Shown here in pieces: positions 30,386 through 41,227 of a stretch of DNA of 64,000 nt. Source of the stretch: an uncultured Mycoplasmatota bacterium (GTDB lineage: Bacteria > Bacillota_I > Bacilli_A > RF39 > UBA660); contig CANRSQ010000002.1 of assembly GCA_947642475.1 (NCBI GenBank), positions 608 to 64,607 of the forward strand, written 5' to 3'. Position 1 is the stretch's first letter. The number at the start of each line of letters is the position of its first letter. Made by a program: the position numbers and the translations under genes. The notes beneath the pieces were generated by a model. It was not told the DNA's origin and ran no database searches. It worked only from the letters and a program-made list of their open reading frames with translations.

Positions 30386-31327
30386 ATGTTAGATACTTAT
30401 AAACAAACACAACCAATCGCATATAAAATCCTAAAAAACGCTGTTAGTAAAGAAAAGTATTCACATGCTTATCTTTTTGAAACTAACGGCTTTTACGATA
30501 GTGATAATTTAATACTATCATTTATAAAAGAAATATTATGCGAAAACATTAATAGAGAAGACCATAATTCTGAAACATGTAATAAATGCAAAATGATTGA
30601 TACCGGAAATTATCCAGAAATAGAAATTATAACTCCAGATGGCATGTGGATAAAAAAAGACCAACTTCTAAAATTACAAAACGAATTCAATAAAAAAGCT
30701 ATAGTAGGCGATAAAAAAATATATATTATAAAAGAAGCTGAAAAATTAAATAAACAAGCTGCAAATTCCATCTTAAAATTTTTAGAAGAACCCGAGGAAG
30801 GAATAATTGCCATTTTAGTAACCGATAATATTTATGAAATTCTAGAAACAATTAGATCAAGATGCCAATTAATTAAGTTAAAAGAAGACAAAAAAACACT
30901 TAATGTAAAAAATACAAAAAGCATTTTAAGCCTTATTTTGTATAATAAAGAAACATTAACCGAAGAAGAAGAGGAGAAATTAGAAAAAGTAATAAAATTT
31001 GTTAACTATTACGAAAAAAAACATCTAAACACAATAATTTATATGCAAAAGTTGTGGCATGATAATATAAAAAATAAAGACGAATTATTAATTGCCTTTG
31101 ATATAATGATACTTTATTATAAAGATATACTAAATTTAATTTCAAATAAAAACATAGAAATATTTAATGATTACAAACAAGAAATAACAGAATTAGCTGA
31201 GAACAATACTATAACTGAAATATGTAATAAATTAAATATCTTGACAGAATTCAAAGAAAAGATAAAATATAATGCAAACACCAATTTACTAATGGACAAG
31301 CTAATAATTACATTAGAAGGGAGGTAA
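30386..31327 (+). CDS. holB: DNA polymerase III delta-prime subunit
   Basis: HAYLF clamp-loader N-terminus, SRC motif (IRSRCQLIKL). Synteny. Confidence 0.85.
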   Translation: MLDTYKQTQPIAYKILKNAVSKEKYSHAYLFETNGFYDSDNLILSFIKEILCENINREDHNSETCNKCKMIDTGNYPEIEIITPDGMWIKKDQLLKLQNEFNKKAIVGDKKIYIIKEAEKLNKQAANSILKFLEEPEEGIIAILVTDNIYEILETIRSRCQLIKLKEDKKTLNVKNTKSILSLILYNKETLTEEEEEKLEKVIKFVNYYEKKHLNTIIYMQKLWHDNIKNKDELLIAFDIMILYYKDILNLISNKNIEIFNDYKQEITELAENNTITEICNKLNILTEFKEKIKYNANTNLLMDKLIITLEGR

Positions 31328-31329
31328 TT

Positions 31330-32121
31330 ATGAAAGAAGCAGTTGGGATAATATTAAAAGACGGAGGTCGAATATATTATTTTGATTCAAACGGATATAA
31401 ACTAAAGAAAAATGTAACCGTAATAGTCGAAACAGAACAAGGCCAACAGTTCGGTAAAGTCGTCAAAGAAAATATCGAACTAACTCCAAAAGAACTAAAA
31501 AAAGAATTAAAAAAAGTCATTAGAATTTCAAATAAAGAAGATTATCGAAAAAACCTCAAAAATAAAAAAGATGCCAAAGATGCCTTAAGTAAATGCCAAA
31601 AATTAGTTGCCAAAAAGCAATTAAAAATGAAAGTATTAGATGCTAGTTATACTTTCGATAGAGATAAACTAATTTTTAGATTTTTAGCCGATAACCGTGT
31701 AGATTTTAGAGAACTCGCCAAAGAATTAGCAGCTATCTATAAAGTCAGAATAGAATTAAGACAAATAGGCGTAAGAGATAAAGCCAAAGAAGTAGGCGGA
31801 TGTGGTCCATGCGGACAAAAACTGTGTTGTGCTAGATTTTTGAAAGAATTAGATACCGTTTCAATAAATATGGCAAAAAATCAAAATCTTTCATTAAATC
31901 CTTCAAAAATAAACGGTGTTTGTGGCAGATTATTATGTTGCCTAAAGTATGAAGATGAAACCTATAAAGAATGTCATAAATGTATGAAAAAAGTTGGAGA
32001 TAAAATACAAACAGAATTTGGTGAAGGAAAAATAGTAAGTGTTGAATTATTAGAAGGAAAATATAAAGTAGATGTTCCAGAACATGGAATAATAACAATT
32101 GAAAAAGAAATATGCAAGTAA
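31330..32121 (+). CDS. ricT: PSP1-domain protein YaaT/RicT
   Basis: PSP1 domain with a Cys-rich cluster (GGCGPCGQKLCCARFL, GVCGRLLCCLKYE). Follows holB as in Bacillus. Confidence 0.85.
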   Translation: MKEAVGIILKDGGRIYYFDSNGYKLKKNVTVIVETEQGQQFGKVVKENIELTPKELKKELKKVIRISNKEDYRKNLKNKKDAKDALSKCQKLVAKKQLKMKVLDASYTFDRDKLIFRFLADNRVDFRELAKELAAIYKVRIELRQIGVRDKAKEVGGCGPCGQKLCCARFLKELDTVSINMAKNQNLSLNPSKINGVCGRLLCCLKYEDETYKECHKCMKKVGDKIQTEFGEGKIVSVELLEGKYKVDVPEHGIITIEKEICK

Positions 32122-32837
32122 TAAACGATTTACTAGATTATAATAAATTAAAAATCTATCAAGACACAGATATGTTTAACTTTTCACTAGATTCAGTTTT
32201 ATTACCTAACTTCATCACAATACCATTAAAAACAGAAAATATATTAGATATAGGGACAGGAAACGGTCCTATTCCATTAATATTAACAACCAAAACAGCC
32301 GCTAAAATAACCGGTGTAGAAATACAATCTGAAGTAGCCGATTTAGCGCAAAAATCAGTAAAATTAAATAATCTTCAAAACCAAATAACAATAATAAATG
32401 AAGATATAAATATTTTAAAAGATGAATTACCAATCAACCATTTTGATATAATAACCTGCAATCCACCATATTTTAAAGTTAACAAAGAATCAAAATTAAA
32501 TAAAAGCGATTACAAAACTATCGCCAGACATGAAATAACATTAAATATAAACGATCTTTGTGCTATCGCAAAACGCCTTTTAAAAAATGATGGAATACTA
32601 GGCATAGTTCATAGACCAGAAAGATTAACCGATATTTTAATCGCCATGCGTGAAAATAATATCGAACCCAAAAAGATTCGTTTTGTAGCTCCAAAAAAAG
32701 CCACAAATGCTAATACCGTTCTAATAGAAGGCGTATTAAATGGCAAAAAAGGACTTACTGTACTTCCTACACTAATAAGTCATAAAGCCAATGGAGAATA
32801 CACAGAAGAGATAAAACAATATTTTAAAGTAGAGTGA
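32112..32837 (+). CDS. SAM-dependent methyltransferase, YabB/TrmN6-like (tRNA m6A37 type)
   Basis: DIGTGNG SAM motif and NPPY catalytic motif. Synteny with yabB. Confidence 0.7.
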   Translation: MQVINDLLDYNKLKIYQDTDMFNFSLDSVLLPNFITIPLKTENILDIGTGNGPIPLILTTKTAAKITGVEIQSEVADLAQKSVKLNNLQNQITIINEDINILKDELPINHFDIITCNPPYFKVNKESKLNKSDYKTIARHEITLNINDLCAIAKRLLKNDGILGIVHRPERLTDILIAMRENNIEPKKIRFVAPKKATNANTVLIEGVLNGKKGLTVLPTLISHKANGEYTEEIKQYFKVE

Positions 32838-32841
32838 TAAT

Positions 32842-33678
32842 ATGAGTCAAAAAAGTTACGATGGAAAACCAACATTATATATAGTTCCCACACCAATTGG
32901 AAACATGGAAGATATAACAATAAGAGCTTTAAACATCCTAAAAGAAGCCGATATAGTTTTTTCAGAAGACACCAGAGTTACAAGCAATCTTTTAAAACAC
33001 TTTGATATCAAAAAAAGACTAATATCTAGCCATCTATATAATGAAAATGGCAACCAAGAGAAAGAATTAGAATATTTAAAAGACGGCAAAACCATTGCTT
33101 TAGTTAGCGATAGAGGAACACCTTTAATCAGTGATCCAGGATATATTTTAGTAAAAAATGCTATTGAAAATAACTACAATGTTGTTTGCCTTCCAGGCGC
33201 AACCGCACTAATACCCGCACTTGTAATGTCAGGATTAGGTGATGGACCATTTACTTTCTATGGATTTTTAAATAGTAAAGAAAGTAAAAGAAAAAAAGAA
33301 TTAGAAACACTAAAAGACCATAAATTTACTATAATTTTTTATGAAGCACCACATCGTATAACCAAAACACTAGAAAATATAAAAGAAATATTTGGAAACC
33401 GAAAAGCTTCAATCGCAAGAGAAATCAGTAAAAAATATGAAGAAATAATCAGAGGAACTATTGATGACCTAATACAAGCCTCAGAAAATATAAAAGGCGA
33501 AATAGTTATCATAGTAGAAGGCAATAAAGAAGAAAAAGATTATAGTGATTTAACTATTTTAGATCATATTAATATATACTTAAAAGAAGGAAAAGATAGT
33601 AAAGAAGCGATAAAACAAGTCGCAAAAGATAGAAATCTACCAAAAAGTGAAGTTTATAACGAATACCATAGAAGGTGA
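32842..33678 (+). CDS. rsmI: 16S rRNA (cytidine1402-2'-O)-methyltransferase
   Basis: Tetrapyrrole-methylase fold (LYIVPTPIGNMEDIT, SDRGTPLISDPG). Confidence 0.9.
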   Translation: MSQKSYDGKPTLYIVPTPIGNMEDITIRALNILKEADIVFSEDTRVTSNLLKHFDIKKRLISSHLYNENGNQEKELEYLKDGKTIALVSDRGTPLISDPGYILVKNAIENNYNVVCLPGATALIPALVMSGLGDGPFTFYGFLNSKESKRKKELETLKDHKFTIIFYEAPHRITKTLENIKEIFGNRKASIAREISKKYEEIIRGTIDDLIQASENIKGEIVIIVEGNKEEKDYSDLTILDHINIYLKEGKDSKEAIKQVAKDRNLPKSEVYNEYHRR

Positions 33679-33682
33679 TAAT

Positions 33683-34249
33683 ATGAAACTAATAGTAGGA
33701 TTAGGCAATCCTGGAAAAGAATATGAAAAAACAAGGCATAATGCTGGATTTAGATTTATTGATAAATATGCTGAAAGCAAGAACCTTACAATCAATAAAG
33801 AAAAATTTAAAGGTTTATATACCGAGTTTAATTATGATGGGGAAAAAATAATCCTTTTAAAACCACAAAAATATATGAATCTTTCAGGCGAAGTAATCAA
33901 AGACTTCGTAAATTTTTTCAAAATAAAAAAAGAAGATATCTTAATAATATATGATGATTTAGATACCGAAAAAGGAAAAATAAAAATAAGATATAAAGGT
34001 TCTTCTGGTGGACATAATGGATTAAAAAGCATCGAAAGCCATTTAAAAACAAACGAATATAAACGAATAAAAATAGGCATTGGAAAAGATAAAAACCAAG
34101 ACAAAATTGATTATGTTATCGGTAATATGCCAAAAGAAGAATTTGAAATAATAAATAAAAAGGCAAATCAAGCTGAAAAAATAATTGATGACTACTTAAA
34201 TATGAACTTCGACAATTTCATGAATAAATATAACGGAGGCGAAAAATAA
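33683..34249 (+). CDS. pth: Peptidyl-tRNA hydrolase
   Basis: MKLIVGLGNPGKEYEKTRHNAGF N-terminus and GGHNGLKSI. The ATG at 33683 has a GGTGA RBS. Confidence 0.92.
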   Translation: MKLIVGLGNPGKEYEKTRHNAGFRFIDKYAESKNLTINKEKFKGLYTEFNYDGEKIILLKPQKYMNLSGEVIKDFVNFFKIKKEDILIIYDDLDTEKGKIKIRYKGSSGGHNGLKSIESHLKTNEYKRIKIGIGKDKNQDKIDYVIGNMPKEEFEIINKKANQAEKIIDDYLNMNFDNFMNKYNGGEK

Positions 34250-34251
34250 AA

Positions 34252-37200
34252 ATGAGCTTTCTAGATAATATTTTAGATATAGAAAACGAAGAAGAAGTCA
34301 TCGGCTTAACAAACGAATTAAAAAGTTTATACGTTTATAATAAATTCAAAAAAGAAAATAAATCAATAATCTTAGTTACATCAAATCTTCATAATGCCGG
34401 CAAATACTATGCCTCAATATCCCGCCATACTGACAAAGTATGGTTTTTCCCAATGGATGATTTCCTTACAAGTGAAGCCATTGCCATCTCACCAGAATTT
34501 AAAATAAATAGATTAGAAACAATAAATAATCTATTAAATAATGAAAAATGTATAGTAATAACAAACTTAATGGGATATTTAAGATTTCTTCCACCAAAAC
34601 AAAATTTTAAAAATAGCTATATAACCCTAAAAACAAATGAAGATTATAATCAAAATGAATTAATAGAAAAACTATTTAAATTAGGATATAAAAGACAAAC
34701 AACAGTTAATATGACTGGTGAAATCGCCGTAAGAGGATTTGTTGTAGATATTTTTCCAATAAATAGCGAAAATCCAATCAGAATAGAATTTTGGGGCGAT
34801 ACAATTGACACAATCAAAACCTTCAATATAGATAGTCAAAGAACCAAAAGTACATTAGACGAAATAACAATCTACCCCAATACCGAATTTTTAATCGATA
34901 AAGATCCATTCGAAATACCATACCGTGATATGTATAAATATACTGAAGTTACTAGTATTTCAGATTATTTAGATAGTCCACTAACCATATACGATAATTA
35001 TAATGAATTAAAGACAAGCTATAAACTTCTGCAGGAAGAAATATTAGATTACAACATAAGCACTAATCGTCCAGCCAATACAAAATATATGCGCTCTATA
35101 GAAGAAATAAAAACGAAAGAAACATTAAAGTTCGAAACATTTGAAAATCACAAAAACCAAAAAACCACAAAAATATATCAAACAAAAGACATAGAAATAT
35201 TTCCCAAGCAACCAAAAGACATCAACACAAAATTAAATACATATATAAAAATAAATAAAATGGTAGTAATTTCCCTAGATAACCGTTATCAAGTCAATAG
35301 AATAATAGAAACCCTAGAAAATCCAAATATAATATATACAAATGAAAACGAATTATTTCCCGGGAAAATTAATGTAATTATAAAAAAACTAAATAGTGGA
35401 TTTGAAACAGACAAATATATCGTTATAACCCCAAAAGAACTATATGGAAAACAAACCGAAAACAATTATAAAAGTAAATTTAGATATGGTTCAAAAATTA
35501 AAGATATTAGTAAGTTAGAAATTGGAGACTATGTAGTTCATGGCAAACACGGTATCGGAAGATATTTAGGAATAAAAACAGTCCCAAAAAACGGAATAAA
35601 AAAAGATTATCTAATGATTGAATACAAGGGTAATGATAAATTATATATTCCTGTGGAAAAACTAGATTATATTACAAAATATTCAGGAAAAGAAGGAGCC
35701 GCTCCTAAATTAAATAAATTAGGAAGTCATGATTGGGAAAAAACCAAGGCTAGGGCCAAAAAACATGCCGAAGATATAGCCGAAGAATTATTAGAACTAT
35801 ACGCAATCAGAGAATCAAAAAAAGGATTTGCCTTTGAAGAAGATAGTAAAGAACAATATGAATTTGAAAAAGAATTTGAATATAATGAAACACAAGATCA
35901 ACTTAGAGTAATAGACGAAATAAAAAAAGATATGCAATCCGATAAACCAATGGATAGATTACTTTGTGGTGATGTTGGATACGGAAAAACAGAAGTAGCC
36001 TTTAGGGCAATCTTTAAATGTATTTTATCAGGGAAACAAGCTGCCATCCTATGTCCAACAACAATTTTATCTTCCCAGCACTATCAAAATGCCCTTCAAA
36101 GATTTAAATCATTCCCTGTTAATATTGCCATAATTAATAGATTTATAACAACAAAGCAATTAAAAGAAACATTAAAAAAATTAGAAGAAGGGAAAATAGA
36201 CTTATTAATTGGAACCCATAGATTATTAAGTGACGATGTAAAATTTAAAGATTTAGGACTATTAGTAATCGATGAAGAACAACGATTTGGCGTAAAACAT
36301 AAAGAAAAAATCAAACAATATAAAAATAACATAGATGTCCTAACCTTATCAGCTACACCAATCCCAAGAACCTTACAAATGTCTATGGCTGGTATTAGAA
36401 GTTTATCATTAATAGAAACCCCACCCGCACAAAGATATCCAATTCAAACTTACGTTTTAGCCGAAAATAACCAAATCATCAAAGAAGCAATATATAAAGA
36501 AATGGCCAGACAAGGGCAAGTCTTCATGTTATATAATAGTGTGGAAAACTTAGATACAAAAAAAGAACAACTACAAAAATTAGTTCCTGATGCTAAAATC
36601 GCCACCGCTCATGGAAGAATGACAAAAAATGAACTAGAAAACGTAATGATAAAATTCAATAATAGAGAATTTGATGTCTTGCTTTGTACAACAATAATCG
36701 AAACAGGTATTGATATTCCAACCGCTAATACATTAATAATAATCGATGCGGACCATTTTGGATTATCACAACTGTACCAAATCAGAGGAAGAATAGGAAG
36801 AAGTAATAAAATTGCTTATTGCTATTTAATGTATGATAATAAAAAAATTCTATCAGAAATAGCCACAAAAAGATTAAAAGTAATAAAAGACTTTACTGAA
36901 TTAGGTAGTGGATTTGCCATCGCCATGAGAGACTTGTCAATAAGAGGTGCTGGAGACCTATTAGGTTCGCAGCAAGCCGGATTTATTGATAGTATTGGAA
37001 TAGAATTATTTTTAGAAATGGTAAACGAGTCAGTAAAAAAACTGCAAGGAAAAGAAATAAAAGAGGAACCTATAGAAGAAAAAACAAATCCATTAGTCGA
37101 AGTAGAAACCTACATATCAGATGACTATGTCAAAGAAGAAGAACTAAAACTAGAAATCCACAAGAAAATAAACGAAATAGATTCATATGAAAAACTCCAA

Positions 37201-37539
37201 AAAGTCAAAGAAGAAATAGAAGATAGATTTGGTAAAGTTTCAGAAGATTTAATCATATATATGCACGAAGAATGGTTTGAAAAATTAGCAAACAAACTAA
37301 ACATTACTCAGACCAAGCAAACAAAAAACTTCATCGAAATAACTTTACCAAAAGAATTAACCAAACAAATAGATGGTGAAATATTATTCTATGAAGCATC
37401 GCAAATAAGTAGAATGTTTAGATTCAGCATGAAACATGAAAAACTAACAATTACATTAGATACAATAAAATTAGAAAAACACTTCATATATTATCTAATA
37501 GACTTGATGCAAATAATCAATAAAAGCATAAAAAAATAG
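34252..37539 (+). CDS. mfd: Transcription-repair coupling factor
   Basis: 1095 aa with a UvrB-homology N-terminus, CarD-like domain, superfamily 2 helicase (GDVGYGKTEV, DEEQRFG) and TRG motif. Confidence 0.95.
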   Translation: MSFLDNILDIENEEEVIGLTNELKSLYVYNKFKKENKSIILVTSNLHNAGKYYASISRHTDKVWFFPMDDFLTSEAIAISPEFKINRLETINNLLNNEKCIVITNLMGYLRFLPPKQNFKNSYITLKTNEDYNQNELIEKLFKLGYKRQTTVNMTGEIAVRGFVVDIFPINSENPIRIEFWGDTIDTIKTFNIDSQRTKSTLDEITIYPNTEFLIDKDPFEIPYRDMYKYTEVTSISDYLDSPLTIYDNYNELKTSYKLLQEEILDYNISTNRPANTKYMRSIEEIKTKETLKFETFENHKNQKTTKIYQTKDIEIFPKQPKDINTKLNTYIKINKMVVISLDNRYQVNRIIETLENPNIIYTNENELFPGKINVIIKKLNSGFETDKYIVITPKELYGKQTENNYKSKFRYGSKIKDISKLEIGDYVVHGKHGIGRYLGIKTVPKNGIKKDYLMIEYKGNDKLYIPVEKLDYITKYSGKEGAAPKLNKLGSHDWEKTKARAKKHAEDIAEELLELYAIRESKKGFAFEEDSKEQYEFEKEFEYNETQDQLRVIDEIKKDMQSDKPMDRLLCGDVGYGKTEVAFRAIFKCILSGKQAAILCPTTILSSQHYQNALQRFKSFPVNIAIINRFITTKQLKETLKKLEEGKIDLLIGTHRLLSDDVKFKDLGLLVIDEEQRFGVKHKEKIKQYKNNIDVLTLSATPIPRTLQMSMAGIRSLSLIETPPAQRYPIQTYVLAENNQIIKEAIYKEMARQGQVFMLYNSVENLDTKKEQLQKLVPDAKIATAHGRMTKNELENVMIKFNNREFDVLLCTTIIETGIDIPTANTLIIIDADHFGLSQLYQIRGRIGRSNKIAYCYLMYDNKKILSEIATKRLKVIKDFTELGSGFAIAMRDLSIRGAGDLLGSQQAGFIDSIGIELFLEMVNESVKKLQGKEIKEEPIEEKTNPLVEVETYISDDYVKEEELKLEIHKKINEIDSYEKLQKVKEEIEDRFGKVSEDLIIYMHEEWFEKLANKLNITQTKQTKNFIEITLPKELTKQIDGEILFYEASQISRMFRFSMKHEKLTITLDTIKLEKHFIYYLIDLMQIINKSIKK

Positions 37540-37563
37540 CTAGAATTTTCTAGTTATTTTTAT
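37537..37563. terminator. Possible bidirectional terminator between convergent mfd and the pyrophosphatase gene
   Basis: TAGCTAGAA/TTCTAGTTA inverted repeat flanked by an A-run on the left and a T-run on the right. Confidence 0.4.
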
Positions 37564-39182
37564 TTATCTAAATAATTCATAATTTTTGGAACAATTTGTT
37601 TTTTACGAGAAACCATACCTTCAAAGAAATGAGATTCTTCAATATTTGGAACTCCAAATGATCCAGCAAAAATATCTCTGCTACTTTCATTAAATAAAAT
37701 ATAAGAACCATTATTTAAAATATCAGTAACAAATAAAGCTACAGCCTTATAATCCTCATTTTTAGCCATATCATTAAGTTCAGCAATAATTTCTTCTTTT
37801 TTTCCCATAATTTCATCAGTACTCATAGTAGATACTTGACCAACACCAATTTTTTGATTATCAACAGTAAAGTTTTTAAAATCACCATGAATAATTTCAC
37901 TAATAGATTTTCCCTCTAAAGAAGATCCAGCTTTAAACATTTCCATACCATATTCGTTGTAATCAACACCAGCAATTTTAGCAAGTTCTTCTAAAGCAGT
38001 TTTATCTAAATCAGTAGTAGTAGGAGAAGTAAGTAATAAAGTATCAGAAATAATACCAGACATCATAAGACCAGCAATTTCCTTTGGGATTTCAATATTA
38101 CTTTCCTTATACATCAAATATAAAATAGTTTCAGTACAACCAACAGTCATATTTCTAAAATTAATAGGCATAGCTGTACCAATATTACCAATTTTATGAT
38201 GGTCAACAATTTCAACAATTTCAGCTTCATCTAAACCAACAACACTTTGTTCACGTTCATTATGATCAACTAAAATAACCTTTTTAGGAGTATTATTATC
38301 TGCAATACTTAATCTAAATATTCCTAAACATTCACCATCGTTATTTAAAATAGGGTAATTACTAAATTTTTTCTTATTAGCCATTTCTAAAACATCATAT
38401 AAAGCATCATTTTCATTGACACTAATAATCTTTTCATCCTTAATCTTATCCTTAATAAAATTACTCAAAACAACAAGATTAGCCGTAGTAAGACCATCAT
38501 ATTCCGTACTAATAACATCCACATTATTTTTCTTCGCAATTTCTAAATGCTCAGGTTTCATTTCAACACCATTAGTTAAAATAATAATAGAAGCACAGTT
38601 ATTAACAGCATATTCAATAATATTATGACGATCTCCAACAATTAAAACACTATCCTTATCAATTTTAACTTGTTCCTTAAAAGTAGCAGTTCTGTAAGTA
38701 GGAGAATAAATATTTCCCTCAATAACCTTATCAAAACGTAGGATTTCCTTAGCATTCAAAGCCTCTAATAAATTATCATAAGAAGTATGAAGCCAACCAA
38801 TATTACCAGAAATCAAATTACTAGCAACATCCTTCATAGAAACTGCACCCTTATAATTACCATCAGTATCAATAACCGGAATAGTACTAATCTTAGTTTC
38901 ATTCATATATTGATAACCCTTAAAAATAGAATCATTTTCATTTAAAAAACAATCTTTAATATAATCAACATCTTTAATTTGTGTTCTTACATCATTTAAA
39001 TACTTAGGAGCATCTACTTTAAAATAATCTAAAACAAATTGAGTTTCGTTATTAATATCCCCAAGTACTCTAGGCTCAGTATTTTCACCTAATTTATTTT
39101 TTAAATAAGATAAAACAATAGATGAAGTAACACTATCAGTATCCGGTTTTTGATGTCCAAAAATTAATGTTTTTTCCAACAT
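37560..39182 (-). CDS. ppaC: CBS-domain-containing family II (DHH) inorganic pyrophosphatase
   Basis: DHH N-terminus (FGHQKPDTDSV), internal CBS pair/DRTGG insert, DHHA2 C-terminus. The ATG at 39182 has better RBS spacing than the one at 39188. An extended -10 TGTTATAAT (minus strand) lies at 39207-39215. Confidence 0.8.
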   Translation of the reverse strand: MLEKTLIFGHQKPDTDSVTSSIVLSYLKNKLGENTEPRVLGDINNETQFVLDYFKVDAPKYLNDVRTQIKDVDYIKDCFLNENDSIFKGYQYMNETKISTIPVIDTDGNYKGAVSMKDVASNLISGNIGWLHTSYDNLLEALNAKEILRFDKVIEGNIYSPTYRTATFKEQVKIDKDSVLIVGDRHNIIEYAVNNCASIIILTNGVEMKPEHLEIAKKNNVDVISTEYDGLTTANLVVLSNFIKDKIKDEKIISVNENDALYDVLEMANKKKFSNYPILNNDGECLGIFRLSIADNNTPKKVILVDHNEREQSVVGLDEAEIVEIVDHHKIGNIGTAMPINFRNMTVGCTETILYLMYKESNIEIPKEIAGLMMSGIISDTLLLTSPTTTDLDKTALEELAKIAGVDYNEYGMEMFKAGSSLEGKSISEIIHGDFKNFTVDNQKIGVGQVSTMSTDEIMGKKEEIIAELNDMAKNEDYKAVALFVTDILNNGSYILFNESSRDIFAGSFGVPNIEESHFFEGMVSRKKQIVPKIMNYLDK

Positions 39183-39253
39183 AATCATCTCCTTTTTCGT
39201 AAAACAATTATAACACTTTTATATCAAAAAAAAAAGCAAAATCAAGAATTTTA

Positions 39254-39862
39254 CTAAAAACCACTACTTAACCAAAATACAAGAATTAAAATCGCAATCA
39301 TTAAAAAGAAACCAATAATAAAGAATAAAAAGTTTTTATATTGTTCAGCTTCTCTAACAAAAGAGCTTTGAACCATAGGCTTAGGATCATAATCCTTATC
39401 TAGCGTCATATAATCATTAACAAAAACCTCAGTTCCACCGTTACTTAAACTTTCATTACTGCTAAAATCTTTTAAAATATAATTATTTTTATCCCCTCCA
39501 CAATAATCATTTAACCTTCTAGTAACAAAAAATAAAAGTTCATCATAATTCGCAAATACAAATTGACCAGAGAGTTTTTCTAAAAAAGGTTCATAATAAA
39601 ACCAATCATCGCCATTAAAAAAAGCTAAAAACCAATGATTGAAATCTTCCTTTTTAAACAAAAAACGAACATAATCATAACCAATAACCTGCATAAATAA
39701 ACTCATAAATTCAGTAGAACCTTTACTGGTGTTTAAGTCAAAAAAAATATCGCCAACTTGAACACAATCATTAGCTACAATAAAATCATATAAATCAAAT
39801 GAACCCTTAATATTTAATTTTTTAAACTCATTTAAAATATCCTTTTTATTCATTTCTATCAC
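39254..39862 (-). CDS. Hypothetical tail-anchored membrane protein
   Basis: 202-aa ORF with a single C-terminal TM segment (FLFFIIGFFLMIAILILVFWL). No recognised domain. An alternative ATG start lies at 39853. Confidence 0.4.
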   Translation of the reverse strand: MIEMNKKDILNEFKKLNIKGSFDLYDFIVANDCVQVGDIFFDLNTSKGSTEFMSLFMQVIGYDYVRFLFKKEDFNHWFLAFFNGDDWFYYEPFLEKLSGQFVFANYDELLFFVTRRLNDYCGGDKNNYILKDFSSNESLSNGGTEVFVNDYMTLDKDYDPKPMVQSSFVREAEQYKNFLFFIIGFFLMIAILILVFWLSSGF

Positions 39863-39966
39863 TCAATTCTATTATTATAATAACACATTTTCTAAAAAAG
39901 AAAAATAAAATAAAAGTATAAATAACCAAAAACAACACAAACTATACATTAGAAAGAAGGTAATCT

Positions 39967-40485
39967 ATGAAAGCAACAGGTGTAGTTAGAAGAATAGACG
40001 ATTTAGGAAGAATAGTAATTCCAAAAGAAATAAGAAAAACATTAAGACTAAAAAATGGAGAAAATCTCGAAATATTTGTTGACGAAAATGAAAACATAAT
40101 ATTAAAAAAATATAGCCAAATAGATAAAATAAAAGACTTCGCAGATGCCATAACCGATGCAACAAACAATATAACAAAAAATTCTGTTTTCATAACAAAT
40201 ACCGATTCATTCGTATCCGTAAGTGGCAAAAAAAAAGAATATCAAGACGAGCCATTATCAAACGAAATCATTACCATGATCAATGATAGAAAAGACGTAA
40301 ACTCAAACAATATAAAATTAACCGAAGAAAAAGAAGAACCAGAAAACTTTATATTCTGTCCAATAATCGCAAACGGCGATGCAATAGGATCATTAATGAT
40401 AATGTCAGAAGAAGAACTAACCGAAAATGATTTAAAAACCTTAAAAATAATTTCTTCCTTTTTAGCTAAACATATTGAACAGTAA
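39967..40485 (+). CDS. spoVT: AbrB/SpoVT-family regulator with C-terminal GAF-like domain (SpoVT-like)
   Basis: N-terminal swapped-hairpin motif (TGVVRRIDDLGRIVIPKEIRKTLRL) plus a C-terminal domain of about 120 aa. Located near mfd, as spoVT is in B. subtilis. Confidence 0.75.
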   Translation: MKATGVVRRIDDLGRIVIPKEIRKTLRLKNGENLEIFVDENENIILKKYSQIDKIKDFADAITDATNNITKNSVFITNTDSFVSVSGKKKEYQDEPLSNEIITMINDRKDVNSNNIKLTEEKEEPENFIFCPIIANGDAIGSLMIMSEEELTENDLKTLKIISSFLAKHIEQ

Positions 40486-40511
40486 AACCAAATATGCTAT
40501 AATTAACACGA

Positions 40512-40727
40512 AAAAAGCGAAGAAAGAGAGAAAAATAGGTGACTTTATAGAGAGTTTATGGTTGGTGGAAATAAACAAGGTAACTATTCAAAATGGCTCT
40601 AGAGCTTCCAAACCGAATAATTAAGTTTGGACGTCCACATGCGTTAAATGTTCAAGGTAAGCAAAGCTTATAAATTAAGGTGGTACCACGTCAACCGCAC
40701 GTCCTTATATTAAGGGCGTTTTTTTAT
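40512..40727 (+). promoter_or_regulatory. T-box riboswitch leader (probable Met specifier) with terminator
   Basis: Promoter TTGAAC(40475)-17-TGcTATAAT(40495-40503). Stem I elements AGAGAG and GGTGGAAA. Candidate specifier AUG-G at 40593. Conserved T-box sequence AATTAAGGTGGTACCACG at 40673-40690. Terminator ACGTCCTTA/TAAGGGCGT plus T6 at 40699-40725. Confidence 0.8.
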
Positions 40728-40747
40728 ATAAAAAAGGAGGTAAAAAC

Positions 40748-41227
40748 ATGCGAAAATTTGAAAAAATATCTTTAAATCAGTTTATAAAAGATACAGGATT
40801 AACCGAAAAAGAATATAATGAATATAAACTTCCACAAAGAAGTACAAAACACAGTGCCGGTTACGATTTTGAAGCCCTAACAGACTTTACCCTAAATCCA
40901 AATGAAATAAAATTAATTCCAACAGGAATAAAAGCCGAAATGAATGATAATGAAGTACTAATGATATATATTAGAAGCAGTTTAGGATTTAAATTCAATA
41001 TACGAATGTGTAACCAAACAGGCATAATTGATAAAGATTACTACAACAATATAGATAATGAAGGACATATTTTTGTAAAAATACAAAATGAAGGCGATAA
41101 ACCAAAACAATTTAAACAAGGTGAGAATATAGTTCAAGGAATATTTCTAAACTATTTAACCGTCGACGACGAAAAAGAAATCAATAAAGAAAGGAGTGGT
41201 GGTTTTGGAAGCACCAACGAACAATAA
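40748..41227 (+). CDS. dut: dUTP diphosphatase (trimeric dUTPase family)
   Basis: Motifs AGYDF, RSSLGFK, GIIDKDYY and C-terminal RSGGFGST. Confidence 0.85.
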   Translation: MRKFEKISLNQFIKDTGLTEKEYNEYKLPQRSTKHSAGYDFEALTDFTLNPNEIKLIPTGIKAEMNDNEVLMIYIRSSLGFKFNIRMCNQTGIIDKDYYNNIDNEGHIFVKIQNEGDKPKQFKQGENIVQGIFLNYLTVDDEKEINKERSGGFGSTNEQ

